From a virus (Duplodnaviria; Caudoviricetes), in IMG/VR virus record IMGVR_UViG_2856626968_000003, positions 29,725 through 93,724 of that record: a stretch of 64,000 nt of DNA; one strand, written 5' to 3'. A program made the translations under genes and the position numbers. Below the pieces are notes generated by a model. That model worked only from the letters and a program-made list of their open reading frames with translations. It had not been told where the DNA came from and ran no database searches. Below are positions 47,245-55,926 of this stretch, in pieces (position 1 is the stretch's first letter; each line of letters begins with the position of its first letter).

Positions 47245-47510
47245 ATGTCTCAGCCCACCACCCGCGCCAAGTTCCGCTGCCAGAGCGTCGAGCGGTTCAC
47301 CCCCGAGCACACCCAGGGCACGCGCACCTACCGGTTCACCGCCCAGTACGACCCCAGCATGCCGGAGGACCAGCGGTACGCCCGGTACACCCGTCCGGCG
47401 AGATGCGAATCGCGGTCGACAACCCCAGCGTGTTCTTCGAGCCCGGCAAGGACTACTACTTCGACATCACGCCGGTGCTTGCCGAGACCCCGGTGCCCGT
47501 CGAGACCTGA
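47245..47510 (+). pseudogene. Conserved small phage protein with a 1-nt frameshift
   Basis: RAKFRC...EDQRYARYT in one frame continues as PSGEMRIAVDNP...PGKDYYFDITP in another; adding one C at 47390-47392 restores it. Confidence 0.7.
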
Positions 47511-47623
47511 TGGACCCGCTGCTCGACCTGACGCGGCTGCTGATGGTGCGCCGCGCGGAGCTCCTGCAGGAGCAAGAACCCGATCATCCCGCCGTGGCGG
47601 CGGGCGTCCCCAAGGAGGGGCAC

Positions 47624-47851
47624 ATGAGTGACGCCAACAAGAAGGCCATCCGCACCGCCATCCAGACCGGTATCGGTGTCGCCGCGGCGCTGCCGATGAT
47701 CGTCGCCGCTTCAGGGGTCCCCGCGGCGCTGCCGTGGGTCGCGGGTGCTCTCGCGGTCGCGGGTGGTGTGGCCCGGGTGATGGCGCTGCCGGTGGTTCAG
47801 GCGCTGCTGCCGTCGTGGCTGCGCACGGACTCCAGCGCCTCTCGGCGATAG
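47624..47851 (+). CDS. Holin-like membrane protein
   Basis: RTAIQT...AAALP...ALAVAGGVARVMALP.V...LP.WLR; AAGGAGG RBS; the in-frame upstream ATG at 47510 is also possible. Confidence 0.7.
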   Translation: MSDANKKAIRTAIQTGIGVAAALPMIVAASGVPAALPWVAGALAVAGGVARVMALPVVQALLPSWLRTDSSASRR

Positions 47852-47863
47852 GACAGCTCGCGC

Positions 47864-47909
47864 AGACGGCCCGCGTTCTCTTCGTCCAGGGAGGGAGCGC
47901 GGGCCGTCT
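47864..47909 (+). terminator. Long GC hairpin after the lysis cassette
   Basis: AGACGGCCCGCG pairs with CGCGGGCCGTCT. Confidence 0.65.
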
Positions 47910-47916
47910 CGCGCGT

Positions 47917-48451
47917 AGCCTGGGCTTCGTCCAGGCTCAACGGCGCTCTGTCGCCCAACCCGGAACTCCGGATCGAGCACTACGCGGAGGCTCCTCGCCC
48001 GGCTCAGTGAGCCTCCAGAGTCTGAGCAGTCTCTCGGAAGACGAATTGAACTGCTCAAACTCCGCCACGCGAGGCGTCTCGCTGTACGCTCGGGAACGTC
48101 CCCAGATACGGGGATGCCGCCCGCAACTGAGCCATCGAGGGGTCTGGGATGGCTCAGCGGCGGGCACCACGGCGCTTAACCCGTCCTCTGGCGGGAGAGG
48201 TGCCAGACCGCCGCACTCCGGTGCGGCTCGAAGTGCCCGCTGTTCCCCTGGAATGCGGGCCTCAGCGGCAAGAGGTCCAGGGGATCTCTTCCAGGAGACT
48301 GGATAGCTGGGGCGCTTTCGTCGTCTAGTGGCCTGAGGACGCCGCCCAGTTGAGGCGGAAACGCCGGTTCGAATCCGGTCGAAAGCGCAACGAAGGGGAC
48401 CTGATCCCCTGCTCGTACGGGGCCGAGTCGCCTTCGGGCCGCTCGGCCCCG
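47917..48451 (+). ncRNA. Candidate large structured ncRNA containing a tRNA-like domain
   Basis: About ten consecutive hairpins, including GAGA and UUCG loops, with no credible CDS; see findings. Confidence 0.5.
48314..48387 (+). tRNA. tRNA-like gene: tRNA-Glu-type body with non-canonical anticodon loop CA-GTT-GA
   Basis: Acceptor GCTTTCG/CGAAAGC, D arm GTC..TAGTGG..GAC, anticodon stem CCGCC/GGCGG, T arm GCCGG-TTCGAAT-CCGGT; A at position 33; no encoded CCA. Confidence 0.8.
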
Positions 48452-48769
48452 CTTCAACTCTTTCCGAATTGGAAACAGTTGACCCTGACCTGCGGCGATG
48501 ATGGTTACTCGAAACCAGCTTGAAAGAAATCCTTTCGGGTTGCCCGGAGAACAAACCCTTCATAACTCGCCATACCGGGAGGAAGTGAGCGACCACGTGG
48601 CGGCGCCTGGTCGGCGTGGGCTGCTCGTGAGCGAGGGACGCATGCGAGCGGCGCAGTGGGTCGCCGCCCGACGCGGCGAGATCGGCTTGACCCAGCAGCG
48701 ACCAGCGCCCCCGTCCGCCTCCCCCGTCGTGGTGGAACGACTGAAACTTCCTCTCCCCGGGGATACGAG

Positions 48770-48814
48770 AGCGCCCTCCGCCCTTTGGTCTTCGGACCCA
48801 GGGCGGAGGGCGCT
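48770..48814 (+). terminator. Hairpin terminator
   Basis: AGCGCCCTCCGCCCT pairs with AGGGCGGAGGGCGCT and is followed by TCTTTGT. Confidence 0.7.
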
Positions 48815-48885
48815 TCTTTGTGTTCACGGCAAAGCTCTCGCGATCCGGGGCGGCCGCCGTAGCCAGGGCCACTACTGTCCGCGCC

Positions 48886-49311
48886 ATGGAGACTGAGAAC
48901 GTGCCCCTGTGGTCGGAGAAGCGGCTGGAAACGGCCCGGTGGCGCCTTGTGACCATCCATGCTGACCCGCGGGACGGTCCGCATCGAGCCGGCGCCGAGC
49001 CTGCGATCCGCGAAGCTCTTGTACAAGCCGCCGCAGAGGGCCTGCACACGGTGCTGGCCCTCGACCCCGGGGGGCCTATCACGGCGTACACGGTGGGGGA
49101 TGCAGCCGAACTGGTGGCGATGCTCGACGAAGCCGGCGGCCCGTTCGCCTACTCGATGGAGCGGCAAGCGATGGTGGCTTGTGATCGCGGCGGGCTGGTT
49201 GCGCCGCCAGTCGTAGCGCACATCACGATCGATTTGGCTTCGGCGGGCCCTGATGTTCCAGGGCTTCTGCCTCCTGATGGAGCGTCCAGATCAGCAGCAG
49301 TTCAAGGGTGA
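48886..49311 (+). CDS. Hypothetical protein
   Basis: Plausible codon usage; the 3' end is uncertain. Confidence 0.4.
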   Translation: METENVPLWSEKRLETARWRLVTIHADPRDGPHRAGAEPAIREALVQAAAEGLHTVLALDPGGPITAYTVGDAAELVAMLDEAGGPFAYSMERQAMVACDRGGLVAPPVVAHITIDLASAGPDVPGLLPPDGASRSAAVQG

Positions 49312-49490
49312 GGTCCGGGTCCAACTGGTCGTCGCGCATGGTGGTGCCTCCTGATAGGGGACGCACCGAACAGGCGTTAGGTTGCAGCTGTCCTGGCATG
49401 GTCCGGCCCTGAAGCACGGCGCCCGCCTCCTGTGCGCAGGCAGGGGGCGGGCGCCGTGGTGTTGCTATGCCTTGGCGACCTGGGTGCGGC

Positions 49491-49670
49491 TCAGATGGAC
49501 AGGAAGTCAAGGAGAGCGGGGATGGAGCCGATCACCACCGCCATGGCCAGCACGACCCCGACGATCCGCGTTGGGGCGGCGATGGAGGTGCGGCGGATGG
49601 CGTAGGCGGTGGCTGCGAGCGCGGCGATGATGACACCGGCCCCGCAGAGTGCAAGGGACAGGTTGGACAT
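49491..49670 (-). CDS. 59-aa two-TM membrane protein (below the ORF-track cutoff)
   Basis: MSNLSLALCGAGVIIAALAATAYAIRR...IVGVVLAMAVVIGSIPALLDFLSI; GGAG RBS. Confidence 0.6.
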   Translation of the reverse strand: MSNLSLALCGAGVIIAALAATAYAIRRTSIAAPTRIVGVVLAMAVVIGSIPALLDFLSI

Positions 49671-50002
49671 GGTGGACTCCGGATGGTTGAACGTTGTGGC
49701 CGAGCATGGTCCGATTCCGCCCGAATTACTACGGATAGTAGTGGTCCGTAAGCGGACGGCTATCGGCAGATGAACTCTAACGGCTGCCCAACCCGCGCGC
49801 AGCCGTCACTAGCGAGATGGTCATCTCGCAATCATGACGCCGGGTTTCAACTACCTACGGAGAGTGTTGGCGTAGACGCGCTAGGGTCACATGTCAGCAG
49901 GGGACTCGTGGCCGAGCCAACTGCGTGGGCAGGGGCCCCGGGGTAGTAGCCAGGACCCCTGCCCTATCGTTTGGGCCCGCCGCGTGAGGGCGCTTCGTCC
50001 GC

Positions 50003-50188
50003 TCACATCTTCCGCGCCGGCAGCGAAACGACCTCCACCAAGTCCGCCAGGTCCACGTGCCGAGCGACGTCGGCCACCGACCGGGCGTAGGCCACCAGGA
50101 ACCCGTACTGCCGGATCCGCAGCACCTGCCGGCCGTTCAGTACAATCCGATCGATCGTGAAATGCCCCGATCCGACCCACACTGACAC
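50003..50188 (-). CDS. Small actinomycete mobile-element protein
   Basis: IVLNGRQVLRIRQYG.LVAY..SVA.VA.HVDLADLVEV. Confidence 0.55.
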   Translation of the reverse strand: MSVWVGSGHFTIDRIVLNGRQVLRIRQYGFLVAYARSVADVARHVDLADLVEVVSLPARKM

Positions 50189-50267
50189 GCAGCAAGGGTA
50201 AGTATCCGCAGGTCAAGGGATAGCAAAGCGCCAGTAGATCCCGCGCGCGACACTGTACCGATGGGGC

Positions 50268-50933
50268 ATGCCTTTCACACCCCCGCGGCGTACCGCCGCC
50301 CTGCTGTACCTCACCGTCGTCCTCTTGGCCGGCTCGGCCGCCGCGCCGGCGTCCGCATCCCCGCCCTCCCTGCCGGAGCCGTCCCCGGCCGCGACCGCGC
50401 AAGTAGAGCTCGCCGAACTGGCCGTAGACGAACCGCACGCGATGACCGGGTACTCCCGGGCGAAGTTCCCGCACTGGGCCGAGCAGGGCGGGGCGTGCTC
50501 CACCCGCGAGGTTGTCCTCGAGCGCGACGGCGCCGGCGTCCAGCGCGACGCCGAATGCCGGGCGGTCTCCGGGACCTGGCACAGCGAGTACGACGGCAAG
50601 ACGCTCACCGCCGCTGCCCAGGTCGACATCGACCACATGGTGCCGCTTGCGAACGCCTGGCGCTCCGGCGCCGACGCCTGGTCCACGGCCAAACGCCGCG
50701 ACTTCGCCAACGACCTGACCAACCCGCAACTCATCGCCGTATCCGCCGCGAGCAACCGAGCCAAAGGCGACCAGAACCCGGCCGACTGGAAGCCGCCGCT
50801 GCGCTCCTACTGGTGCACATACGCCCGCGCCTGGACAGACGTGAAGTACCGCTACGGCCTAGCCGTCACCGCCGCGGAGAAGACCGCGCTCGACCAGATG
50901 CTCGACACCTGCCCCGGCCGCCAGCACCCATGA
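50268..50933 (+). CDS. Secreted HNH-family nuclease (DUF1524-like)
   Basis: Signal peptide, GYSRAKFPHW, DIDHMVPL..AW, FAND, L.AVSAASNRAKGD. Confidence 0.88.
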   Translation: MPFTPPRRTAALLYLTVVLLAGSAAAPASASPPSLPEPSPAATAQVELAELAVDEPHAMTGYSRAKFPHWAEQGGACSTREVVLERDGAGVQRDAECRAVSGTWHSEYDGKTLTAAAQVDIDHMVPLANAWRSGADAWSTAKRRDFANDLTNPQLIAVSAASNRAKGDQNPADWKPPLRSYWCTYARAWTDVKYRYGLAVTAAEKTALDQMLDTCPGRQHP

Positions 50934-51205
50934 GCGACCGGCGCGAGACACCAGTCGTCGCCGGCCCGGGCGGAGTGATGACCGACGAGGTCGGCGTCAT
51001 CACCGGCGACCTCGTCGTGGCCACCGACACCGAAGGCGACCGGGCCACCATCACCGTCCAGTACGCCAGCGCGGAAGAGTGGTACACCGTCACCGGCAGC
51101 CCGCTGACGGTCGTCGGCCGCGACGGGCAATGGGTGCATGCCGCCGTGGTGCGCGCCGCCGCCGCGGGTCTGCCCGCGGGGCTCGAGGAGATGGACGTGG
51201 AGTAG
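50930..51205 (+). CDS. Hypothetical protein coupled to the nuclease
   Basis: ATGA overlap; GVMTDEVGVITGDL...QY..AEEWYTVTGSP. Confidence 0.65.
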   Translation: MSDRRETPVVAGPGGVMTDEVGVITGDLVVATDTEGDRATITVQYASAEEWYTVTGSPLTVVGRDGQWVHAAVVRAAAAGLPAGLEEMDVE

Positions 51206-51220
51206 AGCCAGAGATTGGAA

Positions 51221-51260
51221 ACGGCGCCCCGCACCTCCCCCTCCGAGGGCGGGGCGCCGT
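51221..51260. terminator. Hairpin terminator
   Basis: ACGGCGCCCCGC pairs with GCGGGGCGCCGT. Confidence 0.6.
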
Positions 51261-51558
51261 CGTCATGCGCGGGCGCGCCCGAGGCTGCCTACGCAGCCGA
51301 GCTGGCGCGCCGTGGTGAGCGGCCTGAGCTACCTGCGACCTGAGGAAGGCATTCCGCAACGACGAATAGCCGGGGTTACCAACACGATGGCCGCGACCGC
51401 ATGTGACTGATGGTCGAACGCGGTCAGGGACGGTGCGCCCGGCGGGCAGTGCCTCGCCATCATCGGCCGAGATGCAGCCACACGCGACGGCGGATAACCC
51501 CCGTCTCGGCGTGTTGGTGCCCTACGATCAACCCTCACCCGATCGCAGGGAGTTCCGC

Positions 51559-52086
51559 ATGCCAACAGCAGATACCGCCCCGTCCTGGACAGATTCCTTA
51601 TCGGCCCTCGCTACCGGGGCAGCGTTCCTGGTCGCAGCCGCCGCCTTGGTGGTGGCGATCTACGGCATCAGACTACAGCGCGCCGCGCTCGCAGCGGCGA
51701 ACAAAGCCGTCGAGGAGGCACGGCGATCGGCCGAGGCTTCCGAGGAATCCGCGCAAGCCGCCCAGCGTTCGGCGCTGGCCGCCGAACAGCTCACGGAGAT
51801 CGAGGCCATGCGGGATATGCAACCCACCATCGCCTGGCGGCTGGAGCGGTTGTCCAAAGAGCGGGTCCTCCTGCGCAACATTGGCGCCGAGACGGCCACA
51901 GGGGTCTCCGTCGCCCAGGTGGAGAACTTCCTCATCGACCCGCCGCACAATGCCACGATCGTGCCACAAGGCTCGGTGAAGTTCGGTTACGTGGTCGGAG
52001 GGCTTATGTGCGAGCCGGACGCGCTGTCGGTGACGTGTAACGAACTGGCCGGCCCCGTGCTCGTCGAGGTGCCGCATTGGCCGTAG
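51559..52086 (+). CDS. Membrane-anchored coiled-coil protein with a beta-rich C-terminal domain
   Basis: TM helix, ARRSA.A repeats, IAWR...LRNIG..TA..V. Confidence 0.65.
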   Translation: MPTADTAPSWTDSLSALATGAAFLVAAAALVVAIYGIRLQRAALAAANKAVEEARRSAEASEESAQAAQRSALAAEQLTEIEAMRDMQPTIAWRLERLSKERVLLRNIGAETATGVSVAQVENFLIDPPHNATIVPQGSVKFGYVVGGLMCEPDALSVTCNELAGPVLVEVPHWP

Positions 52087-52143
52087 CCCGGTCTTGCTGC
52101 GATGCCAGCGCCTACCACTTCGCGGGGACGACGGCGCACGGGC

Positions 52144-52674
52144 TCAGACGTCCTCGCCCTGTGGCCGCATCTGCTCCTCGGACGCGGTCTCGTTCCGCTG
52201 CAGCCTGCGTATGAGGGCGGCCCGGAAGGCATCCTGTTTCTCCTGCTCTGTCGGCGCCGCTCCAAGCTTCCGTATCCACCAGTCCGCGTCATGACGCGAG
52301 TCGTTACGGGCGAGATCAGCAATGCGCCAGAGGAGGTCCTTGTTCGCGCTCACCCTGCCCAGGGTCTCGGCCTCACTGGTGAGTTCGCGGAGTATCACTC
52401 GCCGCGTATCCTCGGGTGCGTCATCCCCAGCGAGCTGCTCTTCAAGGGCATCCACACGCTGACGCTGCTCCTTCTCGCGAGCGTCCAACTTCGACTCGGC
52501 CAAAGCGATCTCCCCGCCCGCGAAAGAGAGCGACGTGACCCGATCGATCAGCCGCTCGAACGCGTCGCGGTGCCGGCGCATGATGAGCCATACCGCGAGT
52601 ACGACTGCGATCGGCCATGCGACCGCGCCCACGAGTCCGGCAATCGCCTCGATCAGCTTCGCCCAGTCCGCCAT
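52144..52674 (-). CDS. Membrane protein (WP-motif TM plus coiled coil)
   Basis: VAWPIAVVLAVWLI...RVTSLSFAGGE. Confidence 0.6.
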   Translation of the reverse strand: MADWAKLIEAIAGLVGAVAWPIAVVLAVWLIMRRHRDAFERLIDRVTSLSFAGGEIALAESKLDAREKEQRQRVDALEEQLAGDDAPEDTRRVILRELTSEAETLGRVSANKDLLWRIADLARNDSRHDADWWIRKLGAAPTEQEKQDAFRAALIRRLQRNETASEEQMRPQGEDV

Positions 52675-52790
52675 GCCCGCATCCTCGCAGAAGCTGCGAA
52701 CGCCTGAACTGCCCGAGCGATACCGCCTGTCGCAGACGCGGAATCGCGACCTTGACAGCGCCGTTCAACAGACCGACGATGCGCCTGCCG

Positions 52791-52805
52791 AGAAATCTCG
52801 GGAAA
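52791..52805 (+). promoter_or_regulatory. Operator-like repeat, copy 1 (AGAAATCTCGGGAAA)
   Basis: 14/15 match to 54400-54414. Confidence 0.55.
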
Positions 52806-52827
52806 CTCTCAGGAGAGGGAAAGATCA

Positions 52828-53043
52828 ATGCGCCTACAGTTCCTTGGCAAGGAAACGGACGGCGGTAACTCCCCTACGCTGTGGGACACCGACGGTGACG
52901 AGTACGTCATCCAGGGCTTCACCGTGACCGACGCCGAGGCCCTCGCGGACATCGGCGCCGTCCCTGACGGGGAGCTGATCATCCGCGTTCCCAAGCGCCT
53001 GATGGACCACCTGCCGAAGGAGACACATGGATCTGCTGACTAG
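52828..53043 (+). CDS. Small protein of the DUF6879/XRE cassette
   Basis: MRL.FLGK....GNSPTLW......YVIQG..VTD...L......P.GE..IRVP. Confidence 0.75.
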   Translation: MRLQFLGKETDGGNSPTLWDTDGDEYVIQGFTVTDAEALADIGAVPDGELIIRVPKRLMDHLPKETHGSAD

Positions 53044-53548
53044 GGAGGAGTTTCAGCAGCACTTCCGTACGGCCACGCGGGCCTTCCACCTTGAGCTGAA
53101 GGACAGCTACAACGTCGCCCACGAGGACGAGCCGTTCCGTAAGTGGCAGGCTGGCGAGCACGACGACCATGCGTGGCGGCGTCCGTGGCAGGCATTCATC
53201 CGGGAGGTGACAGGCGCCGGCTGCGTGATGCAGCGGGTCAGAGTCGTCACCGTGCCACACACTCCCTACACACGATGGCTACTCGACATCGCCGGCGACA
53301 ACGTCAAAGCCGGCGAAGACATCCGGTATCTGCCCAGGCACCTCGCCGCGGACGTCGACTTCCCACCAGAGGACTGCTGGCTGTTCGATGACGAGCGGCT
53401 GGTGCTCAGCGTGTTCCCCGGGGATGGCCGGGCCGGTGCGTTCGTCACCGAGACCGACGCCGCCTTGATCCACAGATACCGCGTTGCCCGTGACACGTTG
53501 TGGGAACGCTCAATCCCGCACGCCGACTACGTCCAGCGCGTCGTCTGA
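53027..53548 (+). CDS. DUF6879 family protein
   Basis: AFHLELKDSY, RVRVV..P...Y.RW, AGEDIRYLPR, DCWLFD. Confidence 0.85.
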   Translation: MDLLTREEFQQHFRTATRAFHLELKDSYNVAHEDEPFRKWQAGEHDDHAWRRPWQAFIREVTGAGCVMQRVRVVTVPHTPYTRWLLDIAGDNVKAGEDIRYLPRHLAADVDFPPEDCWLFDDERLVLSVFPGDGRAGAFVTETDAALIHRYRVARDTLWERSIPHADYVQRVV

Positions 53549-53563
53549 TCTGCTGCTCCGACC

Positions 53564-54400
53564 GTGTCCCAGCCAACCGACCAGGCCCGCCAGGCGCTAG
53601 GTTCCCGCCTCCGCGAGATGCGCCAAGACGCGGGACTCACGGGCCGGGAACTTGCCATGCGGGCCGGTTGGCGGCCTCCCAAGGTGTCGAAGCTGGAGCA
53701 CGGCCAGCAGAACCCCAGTGAGGACGACATCCGCACCTGGTGCCGGGTGTGCGATGCAGAGGACCAGATACCGGAGCTGATCGCCACGGTACGCGCCATC
53801 GAGGCGCAGTATCTCGAATGGCGCAGACAGATGCGGGGAGGCCAGCGCCGGGTCCAGAGCGTGCTGCGCACCGAGGATCTCTCCACCCGCCTGTATCGCA
53901 TCTTCGAGCCGTTCCACATCCCCGGCTTCCTGCAGACCCGCGAGTACGCCCGGGTCATCATGGCGCGTTCCGCCCAGTTCTACGACGCACCCAACGACCT
54001 GGAAGCGGCTGTAGCGGCCCGTCTGGGGCGTCAGACCATTCTCCGGATGGGTGACCGCCGGTTTCACATCGTCGTGGCCGAACAGGCCCTGTACACGCGG
54101 GTGGGCGGCTCTGAGGTCATGCACGGCCAGCTCGTCCACCTCCTCAACGAGATCGCCGCGCTGTCCAGGCTGCGCTTCGGCGTGGTCCCGCGCCCGGCGG
54201 ACTACGAGCTCGGGCCCCACGCTGGTTACTGGATCTTCGATGCGCGGCTCGTCATGACCGAGACGGTCACCGCTGGCCTGAACATCACGCAGCCGCGAGA
54301 GGTCGCCATGTACGAGCGGCATTTCGACGGAATCGCCGAGCTTGCCGTGTATGGGCAGGCGGCCGTTGACCTGATCAGGACAGCCACCGAAGATCTTTAA
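53564..54400 (+). CDS. XRE HTH plus DUF5753 regulator
   Basis: LGSRLREMR..AGLTGRELA...W...KVSKLE.G; IPGFLQT.EYA. Confidence 0.88.
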   Translation: MSQPTDQARQALGSRLREMRQDAGLTGRELAMRAGWRPPKVSKLEHGQQNPSEDDIRTWCRVCDAEDQIPELIATVRAIEAQYLEWRRQMRGGQRRVQSVLRTEDLSTRLYRIFEPFHIPGFLQTREYARVIMARSAQFYDAPNDLEAAVAARLGRQTILRMGDRRFHIVVAEQALYTRVGGSEVMHGQLVHLLNEIAALSRLRFGVVPRPADYELGPHAGYWIFDARLVMTETVTAGLNITQPREVAMYERHFDGIAELAVYGQAAVDLIRTATEDL

Positions 54401-54414
54401 GAAATCTCAGGAAA
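54400..54414 (+). promoter_or_regulatory. Operator-like repeat, copy 2 (AGAAATCTCAGGAAA)
   Basis: 14/15 match to 52791-52805. Confidence 0.55.
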
Positions 54415-54528
54415 TGTCGTTGAGCATCGCACGTGTGGCTGCTGAGTATCGGACCCAGACGAAGGCGGGTCCGCCTGGCGCTCAGAACGACCAGACGGAC
54501 CCTTGATCGGATGGAGGTCCGATCCGCG

Positions 54529-54858
54529 ATGAAGCTTAGAGGCCCGCGTATACGCCCGCGCACCCGCGCACAGGACCCCGTAGGACGTCACCGGCAGGGC
54601 GCCCCGCGCCAGCAGGTGTCGCCGCGGCGCTGGGACCTGGCTAAGACGGCCACCGCCGCGCAGCTCGACCAGGTCGAGCCCGGCTGGCACATCTACTACA
54701 GCGTCGGCTTGCGCCGCTTCGTGGCCATCGCGACCTGGCGCGCCGACTCCCCGCTCCAGGTCCGCGCGGCCACCGTCGAGGAGCTGCGCGAGCAGATGCG
54801 CGACGCCGAGCTCGGCGCGATGGTGTCCCTCGGCGGGCAGTGGGCGTGGGTGGCGTGA
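54529..54858 (+). CDS. Hypothetical protein
   Basis: AAQLDQ.EPGW.I.Y....RRFVA.A.W; GGAGG upstream. Confidence 0.6.
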   Translation: MKLRGPRIRPRTRAQDPVGRHRQGAPRQQVSPRRWDLAKTATAAQLDQVEPGWHIYYSVGLRRFVAIATWRADSPLQVRAATVEELREQMRDAELGAMVSLGGQWAWVA

Positions 54859-55139
54859 CCGCCATCACGCGACGCGCCCATCGGACCGTCCAGGTCCGCC
54901 CTGCCGATCTCGGCCAGGACTACCCGGCCTGGCGGATCACGCAGATGACGCGCTCGGACGGCGGCGACGGCGGGTGGTGGGCGTTTCGCCACGCCTGCCT
55001 GACCACCGAGGAGCGCATCATGGGGCTGCTCCCCTCGATCGCCCGGCGCACTCTGGTGGACCTGGTGAGCGAGGTCGCCGTCCAGGACGACATCGCCGCG
55101 GCGCTCAGGCACCCGAAGAGGGTGTGCGCGCATGCCTGA
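54855..55139 (+). CDS. Hypothetical protein
   Basis: GTGA overlap; YPAWRI...WWA.R. Confidence 0.55.
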   Translation: MTAITRRAHRTVQVRPADLGQDYPAWRITQMTRSDGGDGGWWAFRHACLTTEERIMGLLPSIARRTLVDLVSEVAVQDDIAAALRHPKRVCAHA

Positions 55140-55513
55140 TGTCCAGTTCGGTGTGGTCGCCAGGCGGGCTCCGCTGCACCCGCCGCACCGGAGCCGGCAT
55201 GGGTGAGGCCATGAAGGCGGCCGAGGGGTACATCGACCACGGGCCGCACGTCCACCACCTGGCCGGCAGGCCCGCCGAGCGGCTGCGCTGGATGCCGTAC
55301 TGGCCGCACACCGACCGGCCGCGGGTACTGCGCTGGACATGTGAGTGCCGCCTAGTCGTCTACTACCTGGTCGTCGGCGGCGGACGGGCATGGATACGCC
55401 GCGAGGCCCGCCAGTCCCCCGCGCGGACCCCGACGATCAGCTCGACCGGACCGATGCGGTACGCCGGCGCCGAAAGGCTGTGGGAACGCCTCCTCCTTGG
55501 GCGGGTCCGGTAG
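55139..55513 (+). CDS. Hypothetical protein
   Basis: TGATG coupling; RVLRWTCEC...Y.L...GG.AWIRR...W..LL.G. Confidence 0.55.
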   Translation: MSSSVWSPGGLRCTRRTGAGMGEAMKAAEGYIDHGPHVHHLAGRPAERLRWMPYWPHTDRPRVLRWTCECRLVVYYLVVGGGRAWIRREARQSPARTPTISSTGPMRYAGAERLWERLLLGRVR

Positions 55514-55761
55514 GAACTCCCGTCCGGTCGTGTCCGTGGGGGAACGGCCAGGCGGGGCTGGTGTGCGGCGGCCCGCGCGAACCTCGGCGCGGCAGCACAC
55601 GGCTCCCAGTCGTCCGCCGCACACCAGCGGCAACACTGTGCGACTCCCGTCGGCCGCGTCCGGAAGGAAGGCCAGCGGATATGGCGCGGCGGCGTGCACC
55701 TCTCCCTCGCCGGGTGTCGGGGCGCGCCGCCGCGCTTCCATCCCCATCAGAACGGAGACAC

Positions 55762-55926
55762 ATGCCTAAGGTCAGCCTGGAGGACATCGCGATGGTGCTG
55801 CTCTCGTGGGTGCCGATCGGGCTCGGCTGGTGGTACGACTCCGGGCACATGACGGCGTGGTTGAAGGAGCGCAACCGGCGCAGGGGCCGCGCGGCCGCGC
55901 GACGAGTGCGCCGCGCCCGGTGGTAG
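55762..55926 (+). CDS. Small membrane peptide
   Basis: GGAG RBS; hydrophobic segment followed by an Arg-rich tail. Confidence 0.4.
   Translation: MPKVSLEDIAMVLLSWVPIGLGWWYDSGHMTAWLKERNRRRGRAAARRVRRARW

Larger units (their letters stand above)
6884..48451 (+). mobile_element. Siphovirus-type prophage or phage-plasmid late region; boundaries approximate
   Basis: Co-oriented gene order terminase, portal, MuF, protease, capsid, neck, tail, TMP, baseplate, lysis; no integrase or att site identified. Confidence 0.9.

Noticed and set aside
48314-48390. tRNA-like gene as the prophage attachment site
   Set aside because: No duplicate of its 3' end and no integrase were seen in the window, and its aberrant loop argues against a host tRNA
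48498-48896. ORF containing VAARRGEIGLTQ, resembling the start of an XRE HTH
   Set aside because: Similarity stops after a few residues and the ORF runs through a terminator hairpin; at most a remnant
49366-49381. CCGAAC-AGGC-GTTAGG SOS-like site and the short downstream MRDDQLDPD peptide
   Set aside because: Several mismatches to consensus, and the peptide overlaps another ORF; too weak to call
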